The notes: a model not told the origin generated them from the sequence alone. A DNA stretch of 32,000 nt from Mycolicibacterium smegmatis (GCF_001457595.1 NZ_LN831039.1:6750001-6782000), one strand, 5' to 3'. Numbered from the stretch's first letter, positions 1 through 9,545 are shown. Numbers and translations: made by a program.

Positions 1-219
1 TCGACGCCCGCAGACGTCGCACGCGCCAGGAAGTGGTTCACCGAACAGGGCCGCGGCGATCTCGGCGTCACGGTCTCGGGTGTGCCCGGTGACGCGTCGG
101 TGGCCTCGGCGTATCTCGACGCGGGCGCAGGCCGTGTCCTGTTCCACCTCGAACCCGGACCCGAGGACGACGTCCTGCGGGCGTTGGACACCGTCGCGGA
201 CACGGTCCGATCCATCTGA
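1..219 (+). CDS. C-terminal fragment of a probable luciferase-like (LLM) flavin/F420-dependent oxidoreductase; 5' end lies outside the window
   Basis: Open frame 1 from the window start (STPADVARARKWFTEQGRGDLGVTVSGVPGDASVASAYLDAGAGRVLFHLEPGPEDDVLRALDTVADTVRSI*) ending in TGA at 217-219; the C-terminal G(A)xRVxFxLxP..D..LxxLD pattern is typical of LLM monooxygenases. Confidence 0.6.
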   Translation, partial: STPADVARARKWFTEQGRGDLGVTVSGVPGDASVASAYLDAGAGRVLFHLEPGPEDDVLRALDTVADTVRSI

Positions 220-307
220 AGGTTCGCCACAGGTATTCCGCACCGGCGGCAGACGCGCGATCCTATGGGGTGACCGTCGACGTACGACAGAGTTGAAGGA
301 GGCCTGC

Positions 308-1054
308 ATGGCAGGCAACACCAGCGTCCCCGGGGCGACCGTGGGAAGCCGACTGCTGGCGGTCCTCGACTGCTTCGACGTCGATCACCGTGAACTCACC
401 CTCACCGAGATCGCGCAACGCGCCGATCTTCCGCTGTCCACCGCACGCAGGCTCATCACCGAGCTCACCGAGTGGGGTGGCCTGGAACGGCTCTCGAGCG
501 GGGGTTACCGGATCGGGGTCCGCCTGTGGCAGGTGGGATCGCTTGCACCCCAGGCCCGTAACCTTCGTGAGGCGGCTCTGCCCCACATGCACGACCTGTT
601 CGAGGCAACCCGCGAGAACGTGCAACTCGCCGTCCTCGACGGGCTCGAGGCGCTGTGCCTCGAGAAGATCACCGGAACCAAGTCCGTGCCCACGGTCACC
701 CATGTCGGCGGACGACTGCCCCTGCACACCACGGGCGTCGGCAAGGTCCTCCTCGCCTTCTCACCCCGCACACTGCTGGAAACCGTTGTGGCACAGGGGC
801 TCGAACGCAGCACCATCCACTCCATCACGGAACCGGGGCGTCTCGCATCGGCGTTGGAACGCGTCCGGCAGACCGGGCTCGCCTACTCATACGAGGAGAT
901 GACGCTCGGCGCGATCTCGGTCGCCAGCCCTATCATCCACGCCGGCAGGTTGTCCGGGGCTGTGAGCATCGTGACACACTCGGGCACGCATCTGGACAGA
1001 CTGGCCCCCGCGGTGCGCACGGCGGCGCTGGGCATCTCGCGCAGCCTGCTCTAA
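308..1054 (+). CDS. IclR-family transcriptional regulator
   Basis: ATG at 308 after GGAGG; N-terminal winged HTH (LTLTEIAQRADLPLSTARRLITELTEWGGLER) and IclR effector domain (REAALPHMHDLFEATRENVQLAVLDGLEALCLEKI..., HTTGVGKVLLAF). Confidence 0.93.
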   Translation: MAGNTSVPGATVGSRLLAVLDCFDVDHRELTLTEIAQRADLPLSTARRLITELTEWGGLERLSSGGYRIGVRLWQVGSLAPQARNLREAALPHMHDLFEATRENVQLAVLDGLEALCLEKITGTKSVPTVTHVGGRLPLHTTGVGKVLLAFSPRTLLETVVAQGLERSTIHSITEPGRLASALERVRQTGLAYSYEEMTLGAISVASPIIHAGRLSGAVSIVTHSGTHLDRLAPAVRTAALGISRSLL

Positions 1055-1863
1055 CGCAACGGGTCCGCGAAAGCAGCTGTGTAACCGAAGAAGTCGGCCA
1101 TCCCGCCCACCTGCGCGTCGGTCATCTGTGACCCGACCTGCACCGCGCATCCGCGCTGCGTCGCTTCTTTGATCAAAGGTGTCACGGCCGGCTCGGTGAT
1201 CACGTCGGCCACCGCGGCATCGCCACCGACACCGTCCAGATCGACGGGGAGCGGATCGGTGCTGCGCATACCCGCAGGACTGGCGTTGACGATGAGGTCG
1301 TAGCCCCTCCCGAGCGCAGCCACCGGTCGTGACAACACCCCCGTTGCGGACACCCGATCCGCCAGCTCATTCGCACGTGCGCCGTCGACGTCGGAGACAT
1401 CCACCGCACTCGCACCTGTGTCGGCAAGGGCGAGCGCGATGGCAGAACCCGCTCCCCCGCAACCGACCACGAGGGCACGCCTCCCGCCGACCGGGCCGAT
1501 GCCGCCCTCGAACGCGGTCACGAAGCCGACGCCGTCCAACATGTCGGCCACCCAACCACCGCTCTCACCGACCTTCAGGCAGTTGACCGCCCCCACCTGC
1601 CGTGCGCGGTCGGACAGTTCCGTGGCGAACCGCATCGCGGCCGCCTTGTGCGGCACGGTGATGAGCAACCCGTCCAGGTTCCGCCATCGCCGTGCCCCGT
1701 CGAGGAAGGCTTCCAGGTCGGTGGGCCGGACGTGGAAGGGCACACACACCGCGTCGACACCGAGTTCACGGAACACCGTGCCCCACAGCTCGGGTGCGCG
1801 CACCTGTGCGACGGGGTCGCCCACGACGCCCAACAGTCGGGTTCTGCCGGTCGGATCGGTCAC
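1051..1863 (-). CDS. Shikimate dehydrogenase-like (AroE-family) NAD(P)-dependent oxidoreductase with altered substrate motif
   Basis: 270 aa; TVPHK catalytic Lys, ADMLDG, Rossmann VVGCGGAGSAIALALADTGA, C-terminal QVGSQMTDAQVGGMADFFG; AroE architecture. Confidence 0.85.
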   Translation of the reverse strand: MTDPTGRTRLLGVVGDPVAQVRAPELWGTVFRELGVDAVCVPFHVRPTDLEAFLDGARRWRNLDGLLITVPHKAAAMRFATELSDRARQVGAVNCLKVGESGGWVADMLDGVGFVTAFEGGIGPVGGRRALVVGCGGAGSAIALALADTGASAVDVSDVDGARANELADRVSATGVLSRPVAALGRGYDLIVNASPAGMRSTDPLPVDLDGVGGDAAVADVITEPAVTPLIKEATQRGCAVQVGSQMTDAQVGGMADFFGYTAAFADPLR

Positions 1864-1904
1864 CGCACCATGCTGTCCCTGCGCGGCTCATCCCGCACAG
1901 CGGT

Positions 1905-1922
1905 CGCTGCCGCTCAGTGGCA
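1905..1922 (+). promoter_or_regulatory. Operator-like palindrome, copy 1 (CGC-TGCCGCTCAGTGGCA) in the divergent AroE-like/hydrolase promoter region
   Basis: CGCTGCCGCTCAGTGGCA; identical over 18 bp to the reverse complement of 8592-8609; the 15-bp core TGCCGCTCAGTGGCA is near-palindromic. Confidence 0.7.
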
Positions 1923-1983
1923 CCGAGTCGTTCTTGGTCGCCGTGGATCCGCCGTAGCGTCGACCTGACCTGAAAGGGAGAAC

Positions 1984-2889
1984 ATGCTGCACGAGGAGAT
2001 CCGCACCGCGACCGTCAACGACGTCGACCTCGCGTACCGAATCATCGGGGACGGACCCGAACCGATCGTCCTGCTTCACGGTTGGCCGCAGACCGGGCAG
2101 TGCTGGCGGAAAGTCGCGCGCCCGCTTGCCGAGCGGTACACCGTGATCGTGCCGGATCTGCGCGGCTACGGCGCGTCGGGACTTGCCTCGTCCGGATACG
2201 ACAAGCAGACCACCGCGGCCGATCTCAGTGCGCTACTGCGGCACCTGGGTCTCGACAGTGCCGTCGTCGTCGGACACGACCGAGGGGCGCGGGTCGCGCA
2301 CCGGTGGGCACTGGACCGTCCGTCGGAGATCAGCGCGCTCGCTCTGCTCGATGTGCTGCCGACACGGGTCGTGATGCGCTCGTTCGACCGGCAGTCCGCA
2401 ACCACGATGTGGCACTGGTTCTTCCACCTGCAACCGGACCTCCCCGAACTGCTCGTGGCCGGCAACACCGAGGCCTACCTGCGGTACTTCCTGCGCGGGG
2501 TGCTCGAATCGGGTGCCGTCGACGAGCCGACCTTCCGGCACTACGTCGACGCCTACTCCGATCCGGCACACCTGACGGCCACGTTCGAGGACTACCGCGC
2601 CGGTTTCACCACCGATCTCGCGCTGGACGACGCCGACCATGCACGCGGTGTGCGGTTGCAGTGTCCGCTGCTGCTGTTGTGGGGCGCCGAGGGCGCGCTC
2701 GCCAGCGCCGACGTGCTGGGCATCTGGCGTGAGCACCACGCGGATCCGGCAGCGGTCACCGGAACACCCGTTCCCGGTGGGCACTACGTACCCGAAGAGG
2801 CGCCGCAGGCGGTGCTCGACGCCCTGCACCACTTCCTCGAGATGTCCCCCGATATGTCACCCGGAAAGGAGCCGAACCCATGCGGCTAG
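1984..2889 (+). CDS. Alpha/beta hydrolase, epoxide hydrolase/dehalogenase-like (Asp nucleophile)
   Basis: [12 protein letters not shown] oxyanion motif, [28 protein letters not shown] nucleophile elbow, C-terminal [11 protein letters not shown]; AAAGGGAG ribosome-binding site upstream. Confidence 0.88.
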   Translation: MLHEEIRTATVNDVDLAYRIIGDGPEPIVLLHGWPQTGQCWRKVARPLAERYTVIVPDLRGYGASGLASSGYDKQTTAADLSALLRHLGLDSAVVVGHDRGARVAHRWALDRPSEISALALLDVLPTRVVMRSFDRQSATTMWHWFFHLQPDLPELLVAGNTEAYLRYFLRGVLESGAVDEPTFRHYVDAYSDPAHLTATFEDYRAGFTTDLALDDADHARGVRLQCPLLLLWGAEGALASADVLGIWREHHADPAAVTGTPVPGGHYVPEEAPQAVLDALHHFLEMSPDMSPGKEPNPCG

Positions 2890-3632
2890 CAGGCAAGATC
2901 GCCCTCATCACCGGCGCGGCGAACGGAATGGGTTGTGCCACGGCGGAAACCTTCAGCCGGCAGGGCGCCACCGTGGTGATCGCCGATGTGGACGACGAAG
3001 ACGGCCTCCAGGTGGCCAAACAGATCGGCACCTCCGGCGGCACGGCTCATTTCGTCCACCTCGACGTCACCGACGAAACGGCGTGGGCCTGCGCGGTCGA
3101 GGACGTGCTCGGCCGATACGAGCGCCTCGACATCCTGGTGAACAACGCGGGTATCAGTGGCACCTTCGACCCCGACCTCACCAGCACCGCGTTCTTCGAC
3201 CGGCTGATCGCGGTGAACGCCCGCGGTGTGTTCCTCGGTATCAAACACGGCGCGGCCGCGATGAAGCACACCGGAGGCGGGTCGATCGTCAACCTGTCCT
3301 CGATATCGGCGCACATCGGCCAACTCGGTGTCCACCTCGGATACGGCGCGTCCAAGGCCGCGGTGAAAGCCATGACCACCACTGCGGCAGTGCATTACGC
3401 CGCCGACGGCATCCGCGTGAACGCCGTCGCACCCGGGATGTTGCCGCCGATGCAGACCTCGCGCGGTTCCGCCGATCCGGCGTGGCGCGCCAAGCAGATC
3501 GACGGGGTGCCGTTGAAGCGTGAAGGCCACGTGCAGGAGGTCGCCGACGCGGTGCTGTTCCTGGCAAGCGACGAATCCTCGTACATCACCGGTACCGAAC
3601 TGATGGTCGACGGCGGACTGACCGCTGTCTGA
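2880..3632 (+). CDS. SDR-family short-chain dehydrogenase/reductase
   Basis: Start overlaps the previous gene by 10 bp; TGxxxGMG (ITGAANGMG), [15 protein letters not shown] catalytic Yxxx[12 protein letters not shown]-terminus. Confidence 0.93.
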   Translation: MRLAGKIALITGAANGMGCATAETFSRQGATVVIADVDDEDGLQVAKQIGTSGGTAHFVHLDVTDETAWACAVEDVLGRYERLDILVNNAGISGTFDPDLTSTAFFDRLIAVNARGVFLGIKHGAAAMKHTGGGSIVNLSSISAHIGQLGVHLGYGASKAAVKAMTTTAAVHYAADGIRVNAVAPGMLPPMQTSRGSADPAWRAKQIDGVPLKREGHVQEVADAVLFLASDESSYITGTELMVDGGLTAV

Positions 3633-3651
3633 ACAACGAAAGGACCTACAA

Positions 3652-4500
3652 GTGAATGATTCCCGGAATTCCGGCACGCTGGCGGTGTTGGTTCACGGCG
3701 CCTGGCACTCGTCGCTCCACTGGGCCGCCGCGCAGCGCGGCCTGGCTCGGCGAGGCGTCGCGAGCATTGCCGTCGATCTTCCCGGTCACGGACTCGACGC
3801 ACCGGTACCGTCGGGCTACCTGACCGCGGGCCAGCCAGGGCTGGAAACCGAGAAGTCCGCGCTCGCGGACATCACGATGGATGACCTCGCCGACGCGGTC
3901 GTCGATGCCCTGGCGGAAGTCCGAAGCCGCTTCGCGCGTGTGCTGCTCGTGGCCCACAGCGCCGGCGGCGGCCCGGCCTCGCTGGCGGCCGAGAAGGCCC
4001 CCGAACTCGTCGACCACCTGGTGTATCTCGCGGCGTTCGTGCCTGCCGCACGCCCACGCTTCACCGACTACATCAACGCACCTGAGAACGCCGATGTCGT
4101 GGCGCTGCCCATCTTCTCCGATCCGGCAAACCTCGGCGCTCATCGTCTGAACCCGCTGTCCTCCGATGCGATCGAGGTGGACGCGATCCGGCGTGCATTC
4201 CTCACCGATATGCCACCGGACGCGCCCGAGGGATGGCGCCATCTGCTGCATCCCGACGAACCGTATGCGAGCCTCAGCGCCCCGGTGCCGGTCACCCCGC
4301 GACGGTGGGGACGGATCCCCCGCACCTACATCCGACTCGACGGTGACCGGGCGCTGGCGCCCACCACCCAGAACCTGATGATCGCCGAGGCAGACCGACT
4401 CACGCCCGACAATCCGTTCGGCGTTCGGTCGCTGCCGGGCGACCACTCCCCGATGGTGCACCGCCCCGGCGAACTCGCCGACCTGCTGGCCGGCATCTGA
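3652..4500 (+). CDS. Alpha/beta hydrolase, esterase-like (Ser nucleophile)
   Basis: GTG start; VLVHGAWHSSLHW, DLPGHGLDAP, LLVAHSAGGGPASL, terminal PGDHSPMVHRPGELADLLAGI. Confidence 0.87.
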   Translation: MNDSRNSGTLAVLVHGAWHSSLHWAAAQRGLARRGVASIAVDLPGHGLDAPVPSGYLTAGQPGLETEKSALADITMDDLADAVVDALAEVRSRFARVLLVAHSAGGGPASLAAEKAPELVDHLVYLAAFVPAARPRFTDYINAPENADVVALPIFSDPANLGAHRLNPLSSDAIEVDAIRRAFLTDMPPDAPEGWRHLLHPDEPYASLSAPVPVTPRRWGRIPRTYIRLDGDRALAPTTQNLMIAEADRLTPDNPFGVRSLPGDHSPMVHRPGELADLLAGI

Positions 4501-4513
4501 CCGCTCACGAGAA

Positions 4514-4543
4514 AGCCGCCCCGGTTGTCCAACCGGGGCGGCT
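4514..4543. terminator. Probable bidirectional terminator hairpin between convergent genes
   Basis: 13-bp perfect stem AGCCGCCCCGGTT-(GTCC)-AACCGGGGCGGCT in the 54-bp gap between stop codons at 4500 and 4555; only a weak T-tract follows. Confidence 0.8.
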
Positions 4544-4554
4544 CTCGTTTGCCC

Positions 4555-5922
4555 TCATGCGGGCAGTTGCGCCTCCGTCGACCGCGGGGATGCCGTTTGG
4601 GCGCGACCGGCGGTACGCGCCTTCCTGCCCTTGGTGACGACGGCCGCGATGCAGACCGCCACGGGGATCAACAGAGTGAGGAACACCTGCTGGTAATGCA
4701 TGCCGAAGGCGACGAGCACCGTCCCCGCCGCGGCCCCTGCGATGGCGCCGAACCGAGCGACGCCGGTGGCCCAACTGGTGCCGGTGGCGCGAATCGCGGT
4801 CGGATAGAACGCCGCCGACAGGATCGGGAACCCGGTCGCGACGGAGTTGGTGAACATACCGAGCACGAATATCAGGACACCGATGACCACGACCTCCTGA
4901 GGAGCGACCGCGATGAGCGCCAACAGCACACCCGCGCAGCCCATCCCGATCGCGACGATGCGGTGCAGGCCGAACCGGTCCATCAGCCAGCCGATCCCGA
5001 TGTTGCCGATCGTGCCGCCGACCTGCAGCAGCAGGCCGATCGTGGCAGCCGTGCTCAGGGCGAATCCGACGTCGGTCATGAGGATGGGCAGCCAGCTGTT
5101 CATCAGGTAGACGATGAAGAACGCGGCGATGAAGCCGACCCAGATGGTCAGGGTGCCCAACCGGAAGCGCGGCACCAGCAGAGCCACGAACGGTGCGCGG
5201 TTGCCTGCCGGTGGCTCGTCGAGCGTGAACTGTGCGTCGGGCGGAATATGGTCCGGGACAATCCTGCTCATGAGTGTGCTGAGTTCCGCGCGGCGCTGCG
5301 GAACACGGGCCAGGTATTTCGGTGACTCCGGCAACGCGACGGCCACCACCACGGCATACACCACCGGCAGCACACCGCCGACGATCAGCACCCAGTGCCA
5401 GCTCGCGATCTCCACGATGACGCTCGTGAGATAACCCGCGATCGCCGAGCCCAGCGTCATACCGCAGTAGGTGATCGCCATCATCGCGCTGCGGCGCCGC
5501 GCCGGTGCGTACTCGGAGACCAGGGTCGTCGCGTTCGGCATGGCTGCGCCCAGACCGAATCCGGTGAGCACCCGCAGGATCGAGAACGCGACCACTCCGC
5601 TCGTCAGTGCCGTCGCGGTGCACATGACACCGAAGAACACCAGCGACCCGATGATGATCTTGCGACGGCCGAACCGGTCCGCCAGCGGACCTGCGACCAG
5701 CGAACCGACCGCCAGCCCCAGCAGCCCGCTGGTCACCACGGGCCCGAGCTGGGCCTTGGAGATACCCCAGTCCGCGATCAGTGACGGGGCGATGAAACTC
5801 ACGACGGCGACGTCGATTCCGTCGAGGACCAGTACGCCGAAACACAACATCAGCACTCGTCGTTGGAGGCGTCCGACGGGGTGACGGTCGATGACGCTCT
5901 GCAGCTCCAAGGTGGGTGGCAT
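4555..5922 (-). CDS. MFS transporter, aromatic acid:H+ symporter-like
   Basis: 455 aa polytopic protein; MLCFGVLVLDGIDVAVVSFIAPSL N-terminal helix, GPLADRFGRRK loop 2-3 motif, GFGLGAAMPNATTLVSEY. Confidence 0.88.
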   Translation of the reverse strand: MPPTLELQSVIDRHPVGRLQRRVLMLCFGVLVLDGIDVAVVSFIAPSLIADWGISKAQLGPVVTSGLLGLAVGSLVAGPLADRFGRRKIIIGSLVFFGVMCTATALTSGVVAFSILRVLTGFGLGAAMPNATTLVSEYAPARRRSAMMAITYCGMTLGSAIAGYLTSVIVEIASWHWVLIVGGVLPVVYAVVVAVALPESPKYLARVPQRRAELSTLMSRIVPDHIPPDAQFTLDEPPAGNRAPFVALLVPRFRLGTLTIWVGFIAAFFIVYLMNSWLPILMTDVGFALSTAATIGLLLQVGGTIGNIGIGWLMDRFGLHRIVAIGMGCAGVLLALIAVAPQEVVVIGVLIFVLGMFTNSVATGFPILSAAFYPTAIRATGTSWATGVARFGAIAGAAAGTVLVAFGMHYQQVFLTLLIPVAVCIAAVVTKGRKARTAGRAQTASPRSTEAQLPA

Positions 5923-5931
5923 CGTAGATCC

Positions 5932-7017
5932 TTATCGTAGGGTCGGGTTGGTGGCGGGGCGGGGAATCACGCCGGCGAAGGCGTTGCTGAGAAGTCCGCG
6001 CAGGTCGGCTTCCGTGACGCGGACCGGGTTGTGGTACGGCGCGCTGAGTACCTGCCGCACAACGGTTTCCATACCGTCCTCAGGCATGCCGAGATTCTTC
6101 AGCGCCATCTCGGGCCCCAGGTCCCGGGCCAGTTCGAACAGTCGCGAAGCCGGGTCGTCGGCGCCGACCGCGCGCTGCAAGGCGGCGCGGGCGTGCGGTG
6201 CGGCCGTGAGGTTGAGCGCCAGCGCGTGGGGCAGGACCGCGGTATGGGTTTCTGCGTGTGGGAGATCGAAGGTGCCGCCGAGGATGTGGCACAGCTGGTG
6301 GTGCAGCGACATCGTGGTCGCACCGAGCGTCATGCCCGCCAGCCACGCCCCGTACAGCGCCTCCGACCTCGCGTCGAGATCGTCGGGCTCCGCGACCAGG
6401 CGGGGCAACGCCTCGATGAGTGCCCGCACCGATTCGGTCGCCACCAGCGCGGTCACCGGCGAGCAGTCCGGTGCGTACAGGGCCTCCGCTGAGTGCGCGA
6501 TCGCGTTGAACCCGCTCACGACCGCGGTCGCAGGCGGCAGCGGCAGGGTCAGTTCCGGGTCGTACACCACCGTGGCGGGCAGCACACGCTCGTCACGGCC
6601 GGTGCTCTTGCGTTCGGCATCGGTCACACCCCACACCGTCGTCATCTCCGAACCGGCGTAAGTCGTGGGCACTGCGACCATCGGGATACCGGTTTCGCGG
6701 GCAACGGCTTTCGCGAGGCCGATCGCCGATCCACCTCCGATGGCCAGGCACCCGTCGGCGTTCACACACCGGGCCTTGGCGACGGCCGCGTCGGCGACCG
6801 CGCGCGGGACGTGCATCACCGCATGCGGGTGGATCGCGGCGACCGTCTCGCCGAGCGGTGCGGTGACCGCTTGCGCCAGCCCGGCCTGCCGGGGCGTGCA
6901 CACCACGAGCAGCCTGCGTATCGCCAGTCGCGTCACTTCGCGCTGCAGTAGGTTCACCGCACCCGGCGCGAAAACCACGCGCGCCGCATGTGTTTCGTGC
7001 GTGAAGTCGCGGATCAT
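5932..7017 (-). CDS. Maleylacetate reductase (iron-containing alcohol dehydrogenase family)
   Basis: Internal ATG at 7017 of the long ORF: MIRDFTHETHAARVVFAPGAVNLL...; AIGGGSAIGLAKAVARETGIPMVAVPTTYAGSEMTTVWGVTD, HHQLCHILGGTFDLPHAETHTAVLPH; start overlaps the dioxygenase stop by ATGA. Confidence 0.93.
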   Translation of the reverse strand: MIRDFTHETHAARVVFAPGAVNLLQREVTRLAIRRLLVVCTPRQAGLAQAVTAPLGETVAAIHPHAVMHVPRAVADAAVAKARCVNADGCLAIGGGSAIGLAKAVARETGIPMVAVPTTYAGSEMTTVWGVTDAERKSTGRDERVLPATVVYDPELTLPLPPATAVVSGFNAIAHSAEALYAPDCSPVTALVATESVRALIEALPRLVAEPDDLDARSEALYGAWLAGMTLGATTMSLHHQLCHILGGTFDLPHAETHTAVLPHALALNLTAAPHARAALQRAVGADDPASRLFELARDLGPEMALKNLGMPEDGMETVVRQVLSAPYHNPVRVTEADLRGLLSNAFAGVIPRPATNPTLR

Positions 7018-7889
7018 GCCGTCACCGGGTCCAGGACGACGTCGAATTCGATGAGTCGGAACGGATTCGGCACCCGATAACGCTCGGCGCGCGTCGGGTC
7101 GTCCACCACGACCACCGGTCGGATCAACGACTGCTTCACGCCGAACACGGTGTCGGAGTCCAGGTACGGGCTGTCCTCGACGAACACGTGGGTGGTCACC
7201 GGCGCGTGACCTTCGGCGTCGGCGATCACGTGGATGTGGGCCGGCCGGTAGGGATGGCGCTTTGTGGCTGCCAGCAGTCGGCCCACGGGACCATCGTCGG
7301 GGATCGGGTAGTACCGCGGGACCACCGTCTGCAGCCAGAACCGGCCTTCGTGGTCCGCGACGAACAGGCCGCGGAGGTTGCGTTCGGGCTGCACATCGGG
7401 TTGCTGCACGTCGTAGAAGCCCGCACCGTTGGCCTGCCACACGTCGACGCGGGCGCCCGCCAACGGGTCCCCGCCCACCGACCGGACCTGACCGGCGAAC
7501 ACACACGGCTCTCCCACGGCGTCGAGGGAGATGTTGGCGCCGAGATCGCGTGCCGGAGAGGGGACCATGTGGAACGGCCCGAGAACCGTGGTGTCGGTGG
7601 CGGACTCGGATCTGCGGTTGTTGATCACGTCGACGAGCATCGACACTCCCAGCACGTCGGAGAGCAGCACGAATTCCTGGCGGGTCGCGTCGCACATGTG
7701 CCCCACGGCGGTCAGGAACTCGACGCCCCGTTCCCACTCGGCGTGGGTGGGCTCGACGTCCCTGATGAACGCGTGCAGATGCTCGACGAGGCTGCTCAGG
7801 ACGGTTTTGAGCCGCTCGTCGGGGGTGTCGCGGAAACTGTCGACGACCACCTCGGCCGAGTTCTCCTCGTGCAGTCCGGCGACGCTCAT
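7014..7889 (-). CDS. Intradiol ring-cleavage dioxygenase, hydroxyquinol 1,2-dioxygenase-like
   Basis: Catechol dioxygenase N-domain, VLGPFHMVPSPARDLGANI, iron-ligand regions PRYYPIPDDGPVG and HPYRPAHIHVIADAEG; adjacent maleylacetate reductase supports hydroxyquinol specificity; start chosen at MSVAGLHEE. Confidence 0.88.
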   Translation of the reverse strand: MSVAGLHEENSAEVVVDSFRDTPDERLKTVLSSLVEHLHAFIRDVEPTHAEWERGVEFLTAVGHMCDATRQEFVLLSDVLGVSMLVDVINNRRSESATDTTVLGPFHMVPSPARDLGANISLDAVGEPCVFAGQVRSVGGDPLAGARVDVWQANGAGFYDVQQPDVQPERNLRGLFVADHEGRFWLQTVVPRYYPIPDDGPVGRLLAATKRHPYRPAHIHVIADAEGHAPVTTHVFVEDSPYLDSDTVFGVKQSLIRPVVVVDDPTRAERYRVPNPFRLIEFDVVLDPVTA

Positions 7890-8503
7890 CGCGGATCTCC
7901 CGCGGTTTGCGATCCGGCCAGCCATTTCTCGCCCTCTTGGTAGAGGCGCTCGACGGCCTCACCCTTCAGACCGGGTAGGCCCGGTTTCACCGTGAAGCCT
8001 GCCTTGGTCTGCAGGTAGCCCAGATGGCGGTAACCGGCCGGGAACCGCCTCAGCAGATCGGCGTCGAGCTCCAGCGTGGTCGACGGGTCGACCACGTCCA
8101 GCCGGTCCTTCTCGTAGATGGGCTGACGACGCACGATGGTCCAGCTGTCCCCGTGCCAGCCGAGAAAGTCGTAGAAGCGGCCCGTGCAGGTGACGTCGAC
8201 CTCCACACCATCCACCGATGCCCGTTGGCTGATCGTCATCTTGGTCTGGGCCACCGCGCGATCGCCGACGACGTCGGCGGTGTGCCCGCCGAGGAAATGC
8301 AGGATCGATACGCCGGCGTCGAAACCACGGCGGCTCTGCTCGATGAATTCCGCTGCCGGTCCCTGGAACCATGTGGCGCTCATCCAGCCGTCCACGGGGT
8401 GCCACACCGTCGCGAACCGCTCCCAGTCGCCGGCATCGCGCCAGAGGGCCCAGTTCTCGATCAGCGCGCGGATCGCGATCCGGTCCGATTCTGGATTCGG
8501 CAT
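7886..8503 (-). CDS. NTF2/SnoaL-like small alpha+beta barrel protein
   Basis: MPNPESDRIAIRALIENWALWRDAGDWERFATVWHPVDGWMSATWFQG...; GGAGG Shine-Dalgarno upstream of ATG 8503; 4-bp overlap with the dioxygenase start; longer ORF start at 8707 rejected. Confidence 0.82.
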   Translation of the reverse strand: MPNPESDRIAIRALIENWALWRDAGDWERFATVWHPVDGWMSATWFQGPAAEFIEQSRRGFDAGVSILHFLGGHTADVVGDRAVAQTKMTISQRASVDGVEVDVTCTGRFYDFLGWHGDSWTIVRRQPIYEKDRLDVVDPSTTLELDADLLRRFPAGYRHLGYLQTKAGFTVKPGLPGLKGEAVERLYQEGEKWLAGSQTAGDPR

Positions 8504-8591
8504 TTGACCTCCAAATGTGTGGGTGGGTGTGAAGACTCGATGTGCTGCACTGCATGGTGCGACCCGCGCCGAAACACAGGACACAGTCGGC

Positions 8592-8609
8592 TGCCACTGA
8601 GCGGCAGCG
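8592..8609 (-). promoter_or_regulatory. Operator-like palindrome, copy 2, in the divergent NTF2-like/TIM-barrel promoter region
   Basis: Plus strand TGCCACTGAGCGGCAGCG; its reverse complement CGCTGCCGCTCAGTGGCA is identical to 1905-1922. Confidence 0.7.
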
Positions 8610-8705
8610 GAGGGAGGGCAGATTCTGCCGCCGCGCCTACAGTCACAGAAACGGGATACGACCGATCGGATCCTGTTGGCCCAGCAGAGAGGGATTTCCA
8701 AGCCC

Positions 8706-9545
8706 ATGCCGGAACCGACTGCAACACAACATCTTTCGTTGCATCACCTCACACGGCTCGATGCCACACCGTTCGAACTCGCGGACGCCGCGGCCGCGGG
8801 CGGATTCGACATGTGCGGTGTGCGCATGGTGCCCGTCGAACCCGGGGAGCCGGTCTTCGATCTCGTCGGCGACCCGCAGATGCGTCGGCGCTTCGCGCGC
8901 CACCTCCGGGAACGCGATGTGCGCCTGCTCGACGTCGAAGCGGTGTGGATCCGGCCGGAAACCGACGTCGACAGTCTGATCCCGGCGCTCGAGGCCACGG
9001 CCGAACTGGGTGTGCAATACCTGCTGACCGTCGGTTACGACCACGAACGTGCAAGGCTCATCGACCGACTGGGGCGGTTCGCCGACCTCGCCGGCGAGTA
9101 CGGGTTGACCCTGCCGATCGAGTTCATCACGTACTCGGCGATCACCAACCTCGCCGATGCCGTCGACGTGATCGGCGCCGTCGGTCGCAAGAATCTCGCC
9201 GTCCTCGTCGACTTCCTGCAGTTCTTCCGGGCCGGGGCAGAGTGGGATGTGCTGGCGGCCATCCCGGCGTCGCTGCTGCCGTATGCGCAGATCAGTGACG
9301 GCCCTGCAGCGGCACCGACCACCGTCGAGGCACTGCGCCGTGAGGCGCGAAGAGCCCGGATGATCCCCGGTACGGGTGAACTCGACCTCAAGCGCCTCAT
9401 CGCGGCGTTGCCCGCGGGCATCCCGCTGTCGGTCGAGGCCCCCACCGAGGAGCTCGCCGGGCAGCCACTCGATGCCGCGGCCCGCATCCTGGGCGAGGCC
9501 ACTCGCGGGCTCCTCGCCGCGCAAACCGCACGGTCTCGGTCGTGA
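8706..9545 (+). CDS. Sugar phosphate isomerase/epimerase-family TIM barrel protein (AP endonuclease 2-like fold), paralogue 1
   Basis: MPEPTATQHLSLHHLTRLDATPFELADAAAAGGFDMCGVR..., LPIEFITYSAITNLADAVDV, LVDFLQFFRAG, MIPGTGELDL; start may lie upstream at 8676. Confidence 0.85.
   Translation: MPEPTATQHLSLHHLTRLDATPFELADAAAAGGFDMCGVRMVPVEPGEPVFDLVGDPQMRRRFARHLRERDVRLLDVEAVWIRPETDVDSLIPALEATAELGVQYLLTVGYDHERARLIDRLGRFADLAGEYGLTLPIEFITYSAITNLADAVDVIGAVGRKNLAVLVDFLQFFRAGAEWDVLAAIPASLLPYAQISDGPAAAPTTVEALRREARRARMIPGTGELDLKRLIAALPAGIPLSVEAPTEELAGQPLDAAARILGEATRGLLAAQTARSRS

Noticed and set aside
4505-5845. 446-aa minus-strand ORF
   Set aside because: Alternative frame of the MFS transporter gene; the 4555-5922 frame carries the MFS motifs.
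6486-6495. CCGCTGAGTG, resembling the island operator core
   Set aside because: Lies in the maleylacetate reductase coding sequence and matches only about 10/15 of the consensus without the outer symmetry; likely chance.
7018-7962. N-terminal extension of the 676-aa minus-strand ORF ahead of maleylacetate reductase
   Set aside because: Arg/Ala-rich out-of-frame translation of the dioxygenase gene; the real reductase starts at the internal ATG 7017, overlapping the dioxygenase stop.
8550-8567. GCAC-TGCATG-GTGC inverted repeat in the divergent promoter region
   Set aside because: Only 4-bp outer arms and unique in the window; too short to claim as a regulatory site.
8024-9298. Long plus-strand ORF of 424 aa
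   Set aside because: Antisense to the NTF2-like gene and across the divergent promoter; low-complexity Arg/Pro/Gly-rich translation typical of GC-rich shadow ORFs, with no recognisable domain.
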